A stretch of DNA of 64,000 nucleotides from an uncultured Clostridia bacterium (GCA_944354265.1 CALVPX010000052.1:60177-124176); one strand, 5' to 3'; positions 1-9,688 are shown, numbered from the stretch's first letter. Notes: a model not told the origin generated them from the letters alone. Made by a program: numbers and translations.

Positions 1-60
1 TTGATATAATGTTAACGACAAAAATAAAAACATTTTTTTAATTCGGAGGATTAATTAGTT

Positions 61-1077
61 ATGGCAAATGTTAGAGTTGCTATCAATGGTTTCGGTCGTA
101 TCGGCCGTCTGGCTTTCAGACAGATGTTCGATGCAGAAGGTTATGAAATCGTAGCTATCAACGATCTTACCAGCCCCAAAATGCTGGCTCATCTTTTGAA
201 GTACGATTCAGCTCAGGGCAGATATAAGTATGCCGACAGCGTTGTCGCCGGCGACGATTATATCACCGTAAACGGCAAGACCATTAAAATCTATGCTGAG
301 AAGGATGCCGCAAACCTTCCTTGGAAGGAAGTAGGCGTAGACGTCGTTCTTGAATGCACCGGCTTCTATACTTCCAAAGAAAAGGCTATGGCTCACATCA
401 ACGCAGGCGCTAAGAAGTGCGTTATCTCCGCACCCGCCGGCAACGACCTTCCCACAATTGTTTACAGCGTAAACGAAAAGACGTTGAAGCCCACCGATAC
501 CGTCATTTCCGCCGCAAGCTGCACAACTAACTGCCTCGCTCCAATGGCTGACGCTCTCAACAAGCTCTGCAAGATCAAGAAGGGCTACATGACGACTATC
601 CACGCCTACACCGGCGATCAGATGATTCTCGACGGCCCTCACCGCAAGGGCGACTTAAGAAGGGCAAGAGCAGCTGCAGTTAACATCGTTCCCAACTCCA
701 CGGGCGCTGCAAAGGCTATCGGCCTCGTTATTCCCGAGCTCAAGGGCGTTCTCGACGGTTGTGCACAGCGCGTTCCCGTTCCCACCGGTTCGCTTACTCA
801 GCTCATCGCAGTTTGCGAAGGCGAAATCACCGCTGAAGAAGTCAATGCTGCAATGAAGGCTGCCGCTTCCGCATCCTATGGCTACACTGAAGAAGAAATC
901 GTTTCTTCCGACGTCATCGGCATGACCTACGGCTCGCTCTTCGACGCAACACAGACAAAGTGCATGCCTATGGGCGATGGCACAACCCTTGTAAAAGTGG
1001 TTTCTTGGTACGACAACGAAAATTCTTACACATCGCAGATGGTAAGAACAATCAAGTACTTCGCCGAATTAAAGTAA
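61..1077 (+). CDS. gap: type I glyceraldehyde-3-phosphate dehydrogenase
   Basis: N-terminal NGFGRIGR Rossmann motif, catalytic SCTTNCLAP motif and C-terminal WYDNE. GGAGGA RBS about 10 nt upstream of the ATG. Confidence 0.95.
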   Translation: MANVRVAINGFGRIGRLAFRQMFDAEGYEIVAINDLTSPKMLAHLLKYDSAQGRYKYADSVVAGDDYITVNGKTIKIYAEKDAANLPWKEVGVDVVLECTGFYTSKEKAMAHINAGAKKCVISAPAGNDLPTIVYSVNEKTLKPTDTVISAASCTTNCLAPMADALNKLCKIKKGYMTTIHAYTGDQMILDGPHRKGDLRRARAAAVNIVPNSTGAAKAIGLVIPELKGVLDGCAQRVPVPTGSLTQLIAVCEGEITAEEVNAAMKAAASASYGYTEEEIVSSDVIGMTYGSLFDATQTKCMPMGDGTTLVKVVSWYDNENSYTSQMVRTIKYFAELK

Positions 1078-1094
1078 TTTAAAATATCAACTTA

Positions 1095-1127
1095 AAGCCC
1101 CGCGCCGTCAGGCGCGGGGCTTATTCT
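1095..1127 (+). terminator. rho-independent terminator after gap
   Basis: 10-bp GC stem GCCCCGCGCC/GGCGCGGGGC with a GTCA loop, followed by a T-rich tail. Confidence 0.8.
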
Positions 1128-1310
1128 ATATTGCGTGGGCACTAAAAATTTTAAAATATAATATTTTTGTAAAACTAATCAGTTATTACTTTAGAAACTT
1201 TATCTTGACAATAGCATAGCTGATGAATATACTTATAGATAAATTAAAATTTTTTCGAATATATTTAAAAATTTTTGTTATATTTTTAAATGCTAATCCA
1301 TAGGTGATAT

Positions 1311-1691
1311 ATGACTTGGCAAGAAATAATCAGTGTGATAGGTGTGTTTTTTGTTCAACTTATATTTATATGTTGCGCACACCTGCTTGCTTTTTTTATG
1401 GATTCTTCTTTGTATAAATCGAATAAATATAATGAAAAGCGAAGAATAGTAAAGGTTGGGTGTAGGTGGATATTTTGGCGATGTAAAAAGGATTGCTCAG
1501 AGGAAATATTCACAATTGCGTATGTCCATGAAATTATTAATATATGTCTATTGTTGGGGATATCAGCTGAATTGACTGTATCGTTCATTTTAAATTTAGA
1601 CATTGTATACATGTTTATTTGTACAATTATCATATTTTTGTATATGTGTCATTGTGCAATAATGGAGGGTATTATCAGTAAAAAATTATAA
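1311..1691 (+). CDS. hypothetical small membrane protein (about 3 predicted TM helices), orphan
   Basis: 126-aa ORF in a strongly AT-rich stretch with a GGTGA RBS-like motif 4-5 nt upstream. It has three hydrophobic segments and no family recognised. Confidence 0.35.
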   Translation: MTWQEIISVIGVFFVQLIFICCAHLLAFFMDSSLYKSNKYNEKRRIVKVGCRWIFWRCKKDCSEEIFTIAYVHEIINICLLLGISAELTVSFILNLDIVYMFICTIIIFLYMCHCAIMEGIISKKL

Positions 1692-1833
1692 ATAATAGGG
1701 GCAGATAATGTTTTGCTGTTATAGATGAAAAATCTATATGTAAACATGGCTGCCCTTTTATACTGCAAAAAACAAGTGGCGAAAGGCAATAATCGGTATA
1801 ATTAGAAAATTAAAAAATTTTTTAAGAAAACTA

Positions 1834-1894
1834 TTGACATTCTTATATGTGTATATTATAATAAGTATGAAGTTAAACTAAATAAAGTTTAACT
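1834..1894 (+). promoter_or_regulatory. sigma-A-like promoter plus palindromic operator upstream of the PadR gene
   Basis: TTGACA (1834-1839), a 17-nt spacer, then TATAAT (1857-1862). A perfect 9-bp inverted repeat AGTTAAACT-N6-AGTTTAACT follows at 1871-1894. Confidence 0.6.
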
Positions 1895-1918
1895 AAATTA
1901 TAAAAAAGGGGGTAGCCA

Positions 1919-2260
1919 ATGATAAAATCGAGTGAATTTATTAAAGGTTATACGGAAATTATCGTCTGTGCCCTCTTAAGCGGTGGGGATGACTACATAT
2001 ACAACCTCGTCAAACGCATAACCGAGCATGGTGGAGGGGAGGTGCAGATTACAAACCCGTCGCTTTTGATGGTCATGAAAAAGATGCTTTCCGAAGGGAA
2101 AATCACAACTTATGTGGGCGAAAGTAAAAACGGGGCGGACAGAAGGTACTATTCGCTCACCCCGTTTGGCAGAAGTTATTACGAAAATTTAAAGGCAGAT
2201 TACCTAAATTCTTTAAACACCTTAAAAAGTCTGATTTCGGGAGGGCAAAATAATGAATGA
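1919..2260 (+). CDS. PadR family transcriptional regulator
   Basis: 113-aa winged-helix protein with the PadR-like signature ...RRYYSLTPFGRSYYENL. Its stop overlaps the next ORF. Confidence 0.85.
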   Translation: MIKSSEFIKGYTEIIVCALLSGGDDYIYNLVKRITEHGGGEVQITNPSLLMVMKKMLSEGKITTYVGESKNGADRRYYSLTPFGRSYYENLKADYLNSLNTLKSLISGGQNNE

Positions 2261-2921
2261 CAAAATAAAAAAGTATGTGCGCGACACAATGAAGAGTTAC
2301 GGTGTGTGTGACTACAAGCTTCAGAGGGAACTCATTTCTGCCTGCTGCGACGAGTACAGCATGCAGACGGCCAACGGCGCTACGCCTTATGATGCGTACG
2401 AGGCGGCAATTTCAAATGTGGATGACATAGTAAAGGGCATGGTAAAGCCCGGCAATAAGTTTGGCTTTTCGCTCGGTATGGGCATACTCGCCCTTGTCAT
2501 CTCCATAGGCGAAATGGTTGCTTCATTGCTCGTGGCCAATGTTGAATTCTATAACGTTGAGATGCTCATCGCCTGCGCACTATGGGCAATAATAATCATT
2601 TTATACGCAATAGTTTGCAGGCACAGTTTAAGATGGTATAACTTCCTTATTCTCGCTTTATTGCTCGTTTCATGGGTTGTAACAGTATATATGTTGTTGT
2701 CCTTTTTCCTGTTCGAAGGACTGCCCGGCAGCTGGAGGGAACTGGAATTTATCTTCCCCTGCGTCTTTGAAGAGCGCTGGCATAGACCGTTCATGGGGGA
2801 GGGAGCATACGAGACGGATTATAAAGTATACCTCAATTTTCTTGTTTCAGCTGTCACCTTTATAACCACCCTCGCACTGTTTATACATGAAAAAGTTAAA
2901 AAGACGGTGAGAATAAATTAA
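2253..2921 (+). CDS. PadR-associated multi-pass membrane protein (sensor/anti-repressor-like partner)
   Basis: Translationally coupled to the PadR gene with a GGAGGG RBS. Soluble alpha-helical N-terminus followed by about 4 TM helices, the common architecture of PadR partner proteins. Confidence 0.55.
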   Translation: MNDKIKKYVRDTMKSYGVCDYKLQRELISACCDEYSMQTANGATPYDAYEAAISNVDDIVKGMVKPGNKFGFSLGMGILALVISIGEMVASLLVANVEFYNVEMLIACALWAIIIILYAIVCRHSLRWYNFLILALLLVSWVVTVYMLLSFFLFEGLPGSWRELEFIFPCVFEERWHRPFMGEGAYETDYKVYLNFLVSAVTFITTLALFIHEKVKKTVRIN

Positions 2922-2928
2922 ATTTATA

Positions 2929-2972
2929 GCTGCCGCACGGCGTGCAATTGCACGCCGTGCGGCACATTTTTT
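2929..2972 (+). terminator. rho-independent terminator
   Basis: 15-bp stem TGCCGCACGGCGTGC/GCACGCCGTGCGGCA followed by a T7 run. Confidence 0.85.
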
Positions 2973-3009
2973 TATGTATCAAATTAATAATTTTATATGC
3001 CCCAAACTA

Positions 3010-3051
3010 TTGACAAGCAGTGTTATATTGTATATAATCAATATATACAAT
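3010..3051 (+). promoter_or_regulatory. promoter with overlapping palindromic operator for the GntR/ABC operon
   Basis: TTGACA (3010-3015), a 17-nt spacer, then TATAAT (3033-3038). A 10-bp perfect inverted repeat ATTGTATATA-N5-TATATACAAT at 3027-3051 overlaps the -10 box. Confidence 0.6.
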
Positions 3052-3066
3052 ATATAAGGTTAAAGC

Positions 3067-3444
3067 ATGAACATTCACATTTCCAACAGCTCGGGCAAAG
3101 CTCTGTACGAGCAGATATACGAACAGATTAAAAATTATATCCTCGAAGGTACCCTGCACGCAGGAGAGCCGTTGCCCACAATACGCGGGCTCGCCAAGGA
3201 TTTGCGCATAAGCGTCATCACTACCTCACGCGCCTATTCCGATTTGGAGCGCGACGGCTACATTTATTCTGTAGTGGGCAAGGGAAGCTTTGTCGCCGAG
3301 CGCAATCAACAGTTTGTAATGGAAAGGAACCTTAAGGAAATGGAGGAGCGCATTGCACAGTCGGTTGAAATTGCCAACAGGTGCGGAATGAGTGAAGAGC
3401 AATTTTTAAATACAGTAAAAACTATTTACCGGGGGCAGGAATAG
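3067..3444 (+). CDS. GntR family transcriptional regulator (short YtrA-like subfamily)
   Basis: 125 aa with an N-terminal GntR winged HTH (LPTIRGLAKDLRISVITTSRAYSDLERDGYI) and a short C-terminal helix. It sits upstream of ABC transporter genes, as in YtrA-type operons. Confidence 0.85.
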   Translation: MNIHISNSSGKALYEQIYEQIKNYILEGTLHAGEPLPTIRGLAKDLRISVITTSRAYSDLERDGYIYSVVGKGSFVAERNQQFVMERNLKEMEERIAQSVEIANRCGMSEEQFLNTVKTIYRGQE

Positions 3445-3446
3445 CT

Positions 3447-4289
3447 ATGCTTAGCATAAAGGGATTAAACAAGCACTATACAAATTTTGAGATGGACGGC
3501 GTGTCATTCGACATTCCCGAAGGCACTGTAGTTGGTCTTATAGGTGAAAACGGCGCGGGCAAGAGCACGGTTATTAAAAGCATCTTGGGCGCTGTTCACC
3601 CGGACGGCGGTCAGATAATTTTTGACGGAAAACCGATTGATAGACTGAGCAAAGCCGAAAAGCAAAAAATTTCCTTTGTGCTTGACGATATGGGGCTGCC
3701 TTTGGAACTCAGTATGTCAATGCTCGACAAAGTTCTGTCAAACGTGTTTGAAAAGTGGGACTCCGCAAAGTTCAGACAGCTGCTGCAGCAGTTCGGATTG
3801 CCCGAAAAGAAGTTGCTTAAAGAATTTTCCCGCGGTATGAAGATGAAGGCGGCCATTGCAGTTGCCCTCTCTTATGACAGTCAGCTGCTCATTCTCGACG
3901 AGCCTACAAGCGGCCTCGACCCCGTTATCCGCGATGAAATTCTTGAGATGATTTACGATTATAACCGTCATGAAGGACATGCAGCGCTGATTTCATCGCA
4001 CATCACTACCGACCTTGAAAAAATTTGCGATTACATCGTCTATTTGCACAACGGAAGGGTGGTGTTCAATGAGGAGAAGGACGAGCTGTTGGCTAAATAC
4101 GCTGTATACAGTGTCGATAAAATTCAGCTTGAAGAATTGGATAAAACAGCCGTCGTCAAAATTCTGCGCAGGGAATACGGCGTCGATGTCTTGGCCATTA
4201 AGCAAAAGATGCCGTCAGATTTTGATTTTAAACCCGTAAGCTTGGACGATATTATGCTGTTTTATTCCAAGGGGGAAAATTTATGTTAG
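3447..4289 (+). CDS. ABC transporter ATP-binding protein
   Basis: Walker A GENGAGKST, signature FSRGMKMK and Walker B LLILDEPTSGLD. Confidence 0.9.
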   Translation: MLSIKGLNKHYTNFEMDGVSFDIPEGTVVGLIGENGAGKSTVIKSILGAVHPDGGQIIFDGKPIDRLSKAEKQKISFVLDDMGLPLELSMSMLDKVLSNVFEKWDSAKFRQLLQQFGLPEKKLLKEFSRGMKMKAAIAVALSYDSQLLILDEPTSGLDPVIRDEILEMIYDYNRHEGHAALISSHITTDLEKICDYIVYLHNGRVVFNEEKDELLAKYAVYSVDKIQLEELDKTAVVKILRREYGVDVLAIKQKMPSDFDFKPVSLDDIMLFYSKGENLC

Positions 4290-4885
4290 GTCTGCTTATA
4301 AAAGATTTATTCAACGCAAGGAAACAGGCTGTGTGGTATGTGGCGATGATTGTTGCGTTCTGCATACTTTCGGCGGCGATAGACAACATTGCCTTTTGCG
4401 CAACGATAGGTATACTCGTCACTGTTTCAATGCCGCTCACCGCCGTCGCTTACGAGGAAAAGGACGGCTGGCAGAAGTTTATCGTCGCGAGCGGAACGGG
4501 CATAAAGACTATTGTTGCGGAAAAATATCTGCTGGGCATACTGTTTGCTCTCTTCGGCGCGGCGGGGTACGCAATCGTATTCAGTCTTTCGGGTGTTCAG
4601 GAAAATCAGGCCGCTGAATTTATTGCCCCCGTCTGCATGCAGTTCATTGCATTGTCCGTCGTCCTCCCGATTATATTTGCATTCGGTGTGGAGAGGGGCA
4701 GGGTCTATATGGTCGTGCTCATAGTCATAGTAATGGCCGCGCTCGTCGGGCTGATGCCCATCTTGGGCGACGCTATAGGCGGAAGTCAGCTCATCTTTAC
4801 CGTCAGCATAGCGTGCGCCACCGTATGTTTACTCATAGCGTCGTTTATTATCTCGGTAAAAATATACAGCAAAAAGGAATTTTAA
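4283..4885 (+). CDS. ABC-2 type transporter permease
   Basis: 200-aa protein with about 6 TM helices, overlapping the ATPase stop and preceded by a GGGGGA RBS. Confidence 0.6.
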   Translation: MLGLLIKDLFNARKQAVWYVAMIVAFCILSAAIDNIAFCATIGILVTVSMPLTAVAYEEKDGWQKFIVASGTGIKTIVAEKYLLGILFALFGAAGYAIVFSLSGVQENQAAEFIAPVCMQFIALSVVLPIIFAFGVERGRVYMVVLIVIVMAALVGLMPILGDAIGGSQLIFTVSIACATVCLLIASFIISVKIYSKKEF

Positions 4886-4893
4886 AAAGTTAA

Positions 4894-4930
4894 AGTCCCG
4901 GGCCGCTGAACGGCCCGGGACTTGTGCTTT
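4894..4930. terminator. bidirectional terminator between convergent genes
   Basis: Stem AGTCCCGGGCCG/CGGCCCGGGACT, A-rich on the 5-prime side and T-rich on the 3-prime side. Confidence 0.75.
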
Positions 4931-4943
4931 TATTGTTAAATTT

Positions 4944-6044
4944 TTATACGTTGAAGCGGAAAAGTATTACGTCGCCGTCCTTTACCACATAGTCCTTGCC
5001 CTCCGAGCGGACTTTGCCCTTTTCGCGCGCGCCCACAAGGCCGCCGCACTCCAAAAGGGTCTCCCAATCTACAACTTCTGCGCGTATAAATCCGCGCTCA
5101 AAGTCGCTGTGTATGACGCCCGCCGCCTGAGGTGCCTTGGTTCCCTTTTTAATCGTCCACGCTCTTGTCTCCTTTTCGCCCGCTGTCAGGAAGGATATCA
5201 GTCCGAGGAGGGAGTAGCTCTTTCTTATCAGCGCGTTCAGTCCGCTCTCCTTAAGTCCGAGTTCCTCCAAAAACATCGCGCTCTCTTCAGGTTCCATCTG
5301 TGCAAGTTCCTCCTCGGTCTTTGCACATATGACAAGCACTTCGCTGCCCTCTTTGGCGGCTACTTGCTTAACTTTTACAACGAGGGGAATGTCGTCCTCG
5401 TCCTTGCCCATGTCAAATTCCGATATGTTGGCGGCATAAATAACGGGCTTTGCCGTCAGCAGGAACAGGTTGTCCAAAAAGGGCTTTTCAGCCTCAGAAC
5501 ATTCAAACAGCCTTGCGGGCTTCTCCTCGGAGAGGAACTTTTCAAGCCTCTCGAGCATGGCGTATTCAATGGCGGCCTCTTTGTTTGAACCGCCGCGCGC
5601 GCTGTTTCTTATTCTGTCCTCGCGCTTGTTCACGGCCTCTATGTCGGCGAGTATGAGTTCGAGCGTAATAGTGTTTATGTCGTCCACGGGGTCGATCTTG
5701 TTGCTTATATGCGTTATATTGGAATTTTCAAAGCAACGCACAACGTGCACAATTGCGTCACATTCGCGTATGTGCGAAAGGAACTTGTTGCCAAGGCCTT
5801 CGCCGTGCGAAGCACCCTTTACAAGGCCGGCAATGTCGACGAACTCAACTATCGCGGGGGTAACTTTTTTGCTGTCGTAAAGGGCTGCCAACTTGTCAAG
5901 TCTTTCGTCGGGAACGGCAACTACGCCAACGTTGGGTTCGATCGTGCAGAAGGGATAGTTCGCCGCCTCTGCGCCGGCATGGGTTATTGCATTAAATAGT
6001 GTCGATTTGCCTACGTTGGGCAGACCTACAACGCCTAATTTCAT
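4944..6044 (-). CDS. ychF: redox-regulated ATPase YchF
   Basis: MKLGVVGLPNVGKSTLFNA G1 motif and a conserved C-terminal TGS-like end ...VKDGDVILFRFNV. Length is 366 aa. Confidence 0.95.
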   Translation of the reverse strand: MKLGVVGLPNVGKSTLFNAITHAGAEAANYPFCTIEPNVGVVAVPDERLDKLAALYDSKKVTPAIVEFVDIAGLVKGASHGEGLGNKFLSHIRECDAIVHVVRCFENSNITHISNKIDPVDDINTITLELILADIEAVNKREDRIRNSARGGSNKEAAIEYAMLERLEKFLSEEKPARLFECSEAEKPFLDNLFLLTAKPVIYAANISEFDMGKDEDDIPLVVKVKQVAAKEGSEVLVICAKTEEELAQMEPEESAMFLEELGLKESGLNALIRKSYSLLGLISFLTAGEKETRAWTIKKGTKAPQAAGVIHSDFERGFIRAEVVDWETLLECGGLVGAREKGKVRSEGKDYVVKDGDVILFRFNV

Positions 6045-6169
6045 AAACTTTCTCCAAAACTTTTTTGCGCTTATAATTATATTACAAAAATATCATTTTA
6101 GCAAACTTTAATTTGCTTAAATATTTAATTTATGTTAAAATATCGGTAGAAAAAATCAAGGTAAAGATC

Positions 6170-7852
6170 ATGGATTATAAAAAGTATATTGCCGGTAAAA
6201 TTAACGTGGAGGGAGTGAGCGCGGAAGAGATTGCCTCCGCAATAACTCTGCCCCCCAATTCACAGATGGGCGATTACGCATTGCCCTGTTTTAAATTTGC
6301 AAAAGCGCTCCGCAAAAGCCCCGTCTTGATTGCCCAACAGCTCGCGGGGGAAATTGCTGCTGACGATATCATAAGCGAAGTGTCCGCAGTAAACGGCTAT
6401 CTCAATTTCAAAATAAATAAAGAGGGCCTCGCCCGCGAGGTTCTCGCCGCAATCTCCGAACAGGGCGAAAAATACGGCTCGTCAAATATGGGCGCGGGCA
6501 AAACTATCTGCATAGATTATTCGTCTGTGAACATAGCAAAGCCCTTCCACATAGGCCATCTTTCAACCACCGTTCTCGGCAGTGCGCTGTATAAAATTTT
6601 TAATTTTCTCGGGTATAAAGCCGTAGGTATAAATCACCTCGGCGACTATGGCACGCAGTTCGGCAAACTCATCAGTGCCTATAAGCATTGGGGCAACAGG
6701 GAGGAGGTTGAAAAGGGCGGCATCCATGCCATAAACGACCTCTATGTGCGCTTCAACAACGAGGCCGATGAGGAGATGGAAAAGGAAGCCCGCGAGTACT
6801 TCCGCCTGATAGAAAGCGGCGATAAGGAGGCCAACGAGCTGTTTGATTGGTTTAAGCAGCTCACATTGGACTATGTAAAAAAGATATACGAGCGCCTTGA
6901 CGTGCACTTCGACAGCTACGCCGGCGAAAGGTTTTATACCGATAAAATGCAGCCCGTCATCGACGAGCTCAGGCAAAAGGGTCTGCTCAAGGAGAGCAAC
7001 GGCGCGCAGATTGTCGACCTTGAGGAGTACGGAATGCCGCCCTGCCTTATTCTGCGTTCGGACGGCGCCTCGCTCTACGCCACGCGCGACATAGCTGCCG
7101 CCATCTACCGCAAAAACACCTATGATTTTTATAAGTGTCTCTATGTGGTGGCATATCAGCAGAACCTGCACTTCAGGCAAATTTTTAAGGTGCTCGAACT
7201 CATGGGCAAGGAGTGGGCAAAGGATCTCGTCCATGTGGCATACGGCATGGTTTCCCTTGAGGACGGGGCAATGTCCACCCGCAAGGGCAAGGTCGTATGG
7301 CTTGAGGACGTCATCTCAAAGTGTGTGGAAAAGGCGTATAAGGTAGTCAGCGAAAAAAATCCCGACCTTGAAAATAAAGACGATATAGCCGAAAAAGTCG
7401 GCGTAGGCGCCGTAATATTCGGCGCGCTGTACAACAATAAAATCAAGGACATAACCTTCTCCTACGACAAAGTTCTTTCCTTCGAAGGGGAAACGAGCGT
7501 ATACGTTCAGTATACCTGTGCGCGCGCCGCTTCCGTAAATGAAAAGGCGGGGGACTACAATCCCGTCATACCTGAAGAGCTGTCGCTCACCGACGAGGAG
7601 TTCGAAGTTGTAAAGACTCTCGCCACCTTCCCCGAGACTGTAATCGACGCAGCAGATAAATATGAGCCGAGCTATATCGCCCGCTATGCAGTAGACCTCG
7701 CGCAAAAATTCAATAAATTTTACTTCGACTGCAAAATATTGACGGCGGAGGAGGGCGTCAAAGATTTCCGCATTGAACTTACAAAGGCCACTCTACGCAC
7801 GCTTGAAAACGCTTTGGGCCTGCTCGGCATAGGCGTCCCCGAAAAGATGTAA
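6170..7852 (+). CDS. argS: arginine--tRNA ligase
   Basis: HIGH-type motif PFHIGHL, a class I core and the Arg-tRNA synthetase anticodon-binding C-terminus. The start is moved to the ATG at 6170 (MDYKKYI...) instead of the upstream TTG of the ORF track. Confidence 0.93.
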   Translation: MDYKKYIAGKINVEGVSAEEIASAITLPPNSQMGDYALPCFKFAKALRKSPVLIAQQLAGEIAADDIISEVSAVNGYLNFKINKEGLAREVLAAISEQGEKYGSSNMGAGKTICIDYSSVNIAKPFHIGHLSTTVLGSALYKIFNFLGYKAVGINHLGDYGTQFGKLISAYKHWGNREEVEKGGIHAINDLYVRFNNEADEEMEKEAREYFRLIESGDKEANELFDWFKQLTLDYVKKIYERLDVHFDSYAGERFYTDKMQPVIDELRQKGLLKESNGAQIVDLEEYGMPPCLILRSDGASLYATRDIAAAIYRKNTYDFYKCLYVVAYQQNLHFRQIFKVLELMGKEWAKDLVHVAYGMVSLEDGAMSTRKGKVVWLEDVISKCVEKAYKVVSEKNPDLENKDDIAEKVGVGAVIFGALYNNKIKDITFSYDKVLSFEGETSVYVQYTCARAASVNEKAGDYNPVIPEELSLTDEEFEVVKTLATFPETVIDAADKYEPSYIARYAVDLAQKFNKFYFDCKILTAEEGVKDFRIELTKATLRTLENALGLLGIGVPEKM

Positions 7853-7856
7853 TTTT

Positions 7857-8504
7857 ATGTATAAAGCTATTATTTTTGACCTCGACGGCACTCTATTAGA
7901 CACGTCAAGGGACATTTGCATAGTACTTAACGACGCATTGTACTCCTTTAATTGCTCGCAGATCTCCCTGCAAAAGACCATAGAGTATGTGGGAAACGGG
8001 GCAAAAAAGCTCATTGAGCGTGCAGTTCCTCCGGGGTTTGACAAAACGCAGGAACTCTATGAATACTACAGGGTGAAGTTTGCCGCATGCGACAATAGGC
8101 ATACTGTCCTCTATCCCGGAGAGGACGAATTTTTACGCACGATTAAAAGGGATGGCGTCAGAACGGCAATTCTCACTAATAAACCGAACGACGCCGCGCA
8201 GGGCGTTTACAAATCTTTGCTCTCCGCGTATAATTTTGACATCGTATTGGGACAGACGCCTCGCTTCCCCCTCAAGCCCGACCCATCAGCCGTAAATTAT
8301 ATAATTGAAGAGCTCGGCGTTGCAAAGAGCGAGTGCCTGTTTGTCGGCGACGGCGAAACGGACGTCGCCACTGCGGCAAACGCGGGGATAGATTGTGCAA
8401 GCGTCTTGTGGGGATTCAGGACAAGGCAACAGCTTAGCGCGGCAGGGGCAAAGATTTTTGCCTCAAATTATGGCGAGCTTTTAAAAATCGTCCAAAGCCA
8501 TTAA
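7857..8504 (+). CDS. HAD family hydrolase (phosphoglycolate phosphatase-like)
   Basis: DLDGTLLDT motif I, TNK motif and GDGETD motif IV. Confidence 0.8.
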   Translation: MYKAIIFDLDGTLLDTSRDICIVLNDALYSFNCSQISLQKTIEYVGNGAKKLIERAVPPGFDKTQELYEYYRVKFAACDNRHTVLYPGEDEFLRTIKRDGVRTAILTNKPNDAAQGVYKSLLSAYNFDIVLGQTPRFPLKPDPSAVNYIIEELGVAKSECLFVGDGETDVATAANAGIDCASVLWGFRTRQQLSAAGAKIFASNYGELLKIVQSH

Positions 8505-8607
8505 AAAAATTTATTATTTTTCACAAAAATTTTACCAAATACTATTGATATTTAGTCTTAAATATGTTATAATATCTTTACAATAAAACTTTAAGGAGTG
8601 TTTAATC

Positions 8608-9141
8608 ATGAAAAGATGTACCGTATGCGGCGAAATCGTAGCAGATGATGTAGAAGTTTGCCCCGTTTGCCATGCTAAGACCTTTGTCCCCGTTGAAGGA
8701 ACCGATAAGCCCAAGTTTGCTTGCGAGCATGTTGTAGGCGATGGCGTTTGCGATGATAAAGAAATTATGGACGGCCTTCATGCTCACTTCACCGGTGAAT
8801 GCACCGAAGTAGGCATGTACCTTGCAATGGCAAGGGTTGCAGAGCGCGAAGGATATCCCGAAGTTGCAGAAGCTTTCAAGCGTTATGCCTATGAAGAGGC
8901 AGAACATGCAGCAAAATTTGCTGAACTTCTCGGCGAAGTTGTAACGCCCTCCACAAAAAAGAATCTTGAACTGCGTGCAGCTGCTGAGGCAGGCGCATGC
9001 GAAGGTAAGCTTGCCATCGCCAAGAGGGCTAAGCAGCTCAATCTCGACGCCGTTCACGATACCGTTCACGAAATGGCCAAGGATGAAGCCCGTCACGGTG
9101 CAGGTTTTGCAGGCCTTTTAAAGAGATATTTCGGCGAATAA
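8608..9141 (+). CDS. rubrerythrin, reverse domain order (N-terminal rubredoxin-like CxxC..CxxC, C-terminal ferritin-like di-iron domain)
   Basis: CTVCGEIV...CPVCHA at the N-terminus, then ExxH di-iron ligand motifs ([17 protein letters not shown]). AAGGAG RBS. Confidence 0.85.
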   Translation: MKRCTVCGEIVADDVEVCPVCHAKTFVPVEGTDKPKFACEHVVGDGVCDDKEIMDGLHAHFTGECTEVGMYLAMARVAEREGYPEVAEAFKRYAYEEAEHAAKFAELLGEVVTPSTKKNLELRAAAEAGACEGKLAIAKRAKQLNLDAVHDTVHEMAKDEARHGAGFAGLLKRYFGE

Positions 9142-9158
9142 TTTATATTTGAAATTGT

Positions 9159-9187
9159 AAAGCGCGGACATTCAGTCCGCGCTTTTA
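9159..9187 (+). terminator. rho-independent terminator after rubrerythrin
   Basis: AAAGCGCGGAC-ATTCA-GTCCGCGCTTT hairpin. Confidence 0.8.
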
Positions 9188-9294
9188 GCTTATCGGCACA
9201 TTACACATAAGATTTTCTTGGAGCATATAATATAGCATAAGCAGAGGGGGAAAACTTTTTGCTTAAAATACATTTACCAAGGAAGAATTCTTAT

Positions 9295-9606
9295 ATGTGT
9301 AATTGTTGTAATTCTTGCGGCAATTCGCGCTCCAATGGCTGTTGTTCAAACGGTTGCAACAGCTGTTCATTTGCGGGCCTTTTAAATATTTTGTCCGGCA
9401 ATAACAATTCATGCGGCTGCAGGTCGTGCTGCTCATGCAACAGCTGCTTCGGCTTGAATTCGCTCGGTTGGTTCGACGCATATTATGCTCAGCAATACGG
9501 GCTGTGGCGCAACAATTGTTGTTCGTGCAATAATTCTTGCAACTCATGCGGCAGTTCGCGCAGCTCATGCAATTCCTGCAACTCGTCATGCTCATGCTGT
9601 AGCTGA
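9295..9606 (+). CDS. cysteine/serine/asparagine-rich small protein of unknown function
   Basis: 103 aa from the ATG at 9295, with an AAGGAAG RBS 9-10 nt upstream. An alternative TTG at 9259 is preceded by GAGGGGG. About 24 Cys occur in CxxC/CC/CSC arrays, separated by a hydrophobic patch and an aromatic patch. A hairpin follows the stop. Confidence 0.55.
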   Translation: MCNCCNSCGNSRSNGCCSNGCNSCSFAGLLNILSGNNNSCGCRSCCSCNSCFGLNSLGWFDAYYAQQYGLWRNNCCSCNNSCNSCGSSRSSCNSCNSSCSCCS

Positions 9607-9622
9607 ACTGTTCAAAGGGAAT

Positions 9623-9648
9623 GGGCGCAGTCCTAAGGCTGCGCCCTT
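9623..9648 (+). terminator. hairpin after the Cys-rich ORF (weak T tract)
   Basis: GGGCGCAG-N8-CTGCGCCC followed by only TT. Confidence 0.45.
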
Positions 9649-9688
9649 AACATTGCATAGCAGCCGCGCCTTTGCTAAAACTATTATC

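Noticed and set aside
9263-9595. Minus-strand 110-aa Cys-rich mirror ORF opposite the Cys-rich gene.
   Set aside because: It is an artefact of the low-complexity, partly palindromic codon repeats (AACAGCTGT and similar). It has no RBS, whereas the plus-strand frame has an SD, an ATG and a downstream hairpin.
9485-9688. Long N-terminal extension of the YihY ORF overlapping the Cys-rich gene.
   Set aside because: The extension is Ala/His/Arg-rich read-through of the repeat region in another frame. The conserved YihY N-terminus begins at the ATG at 9689.
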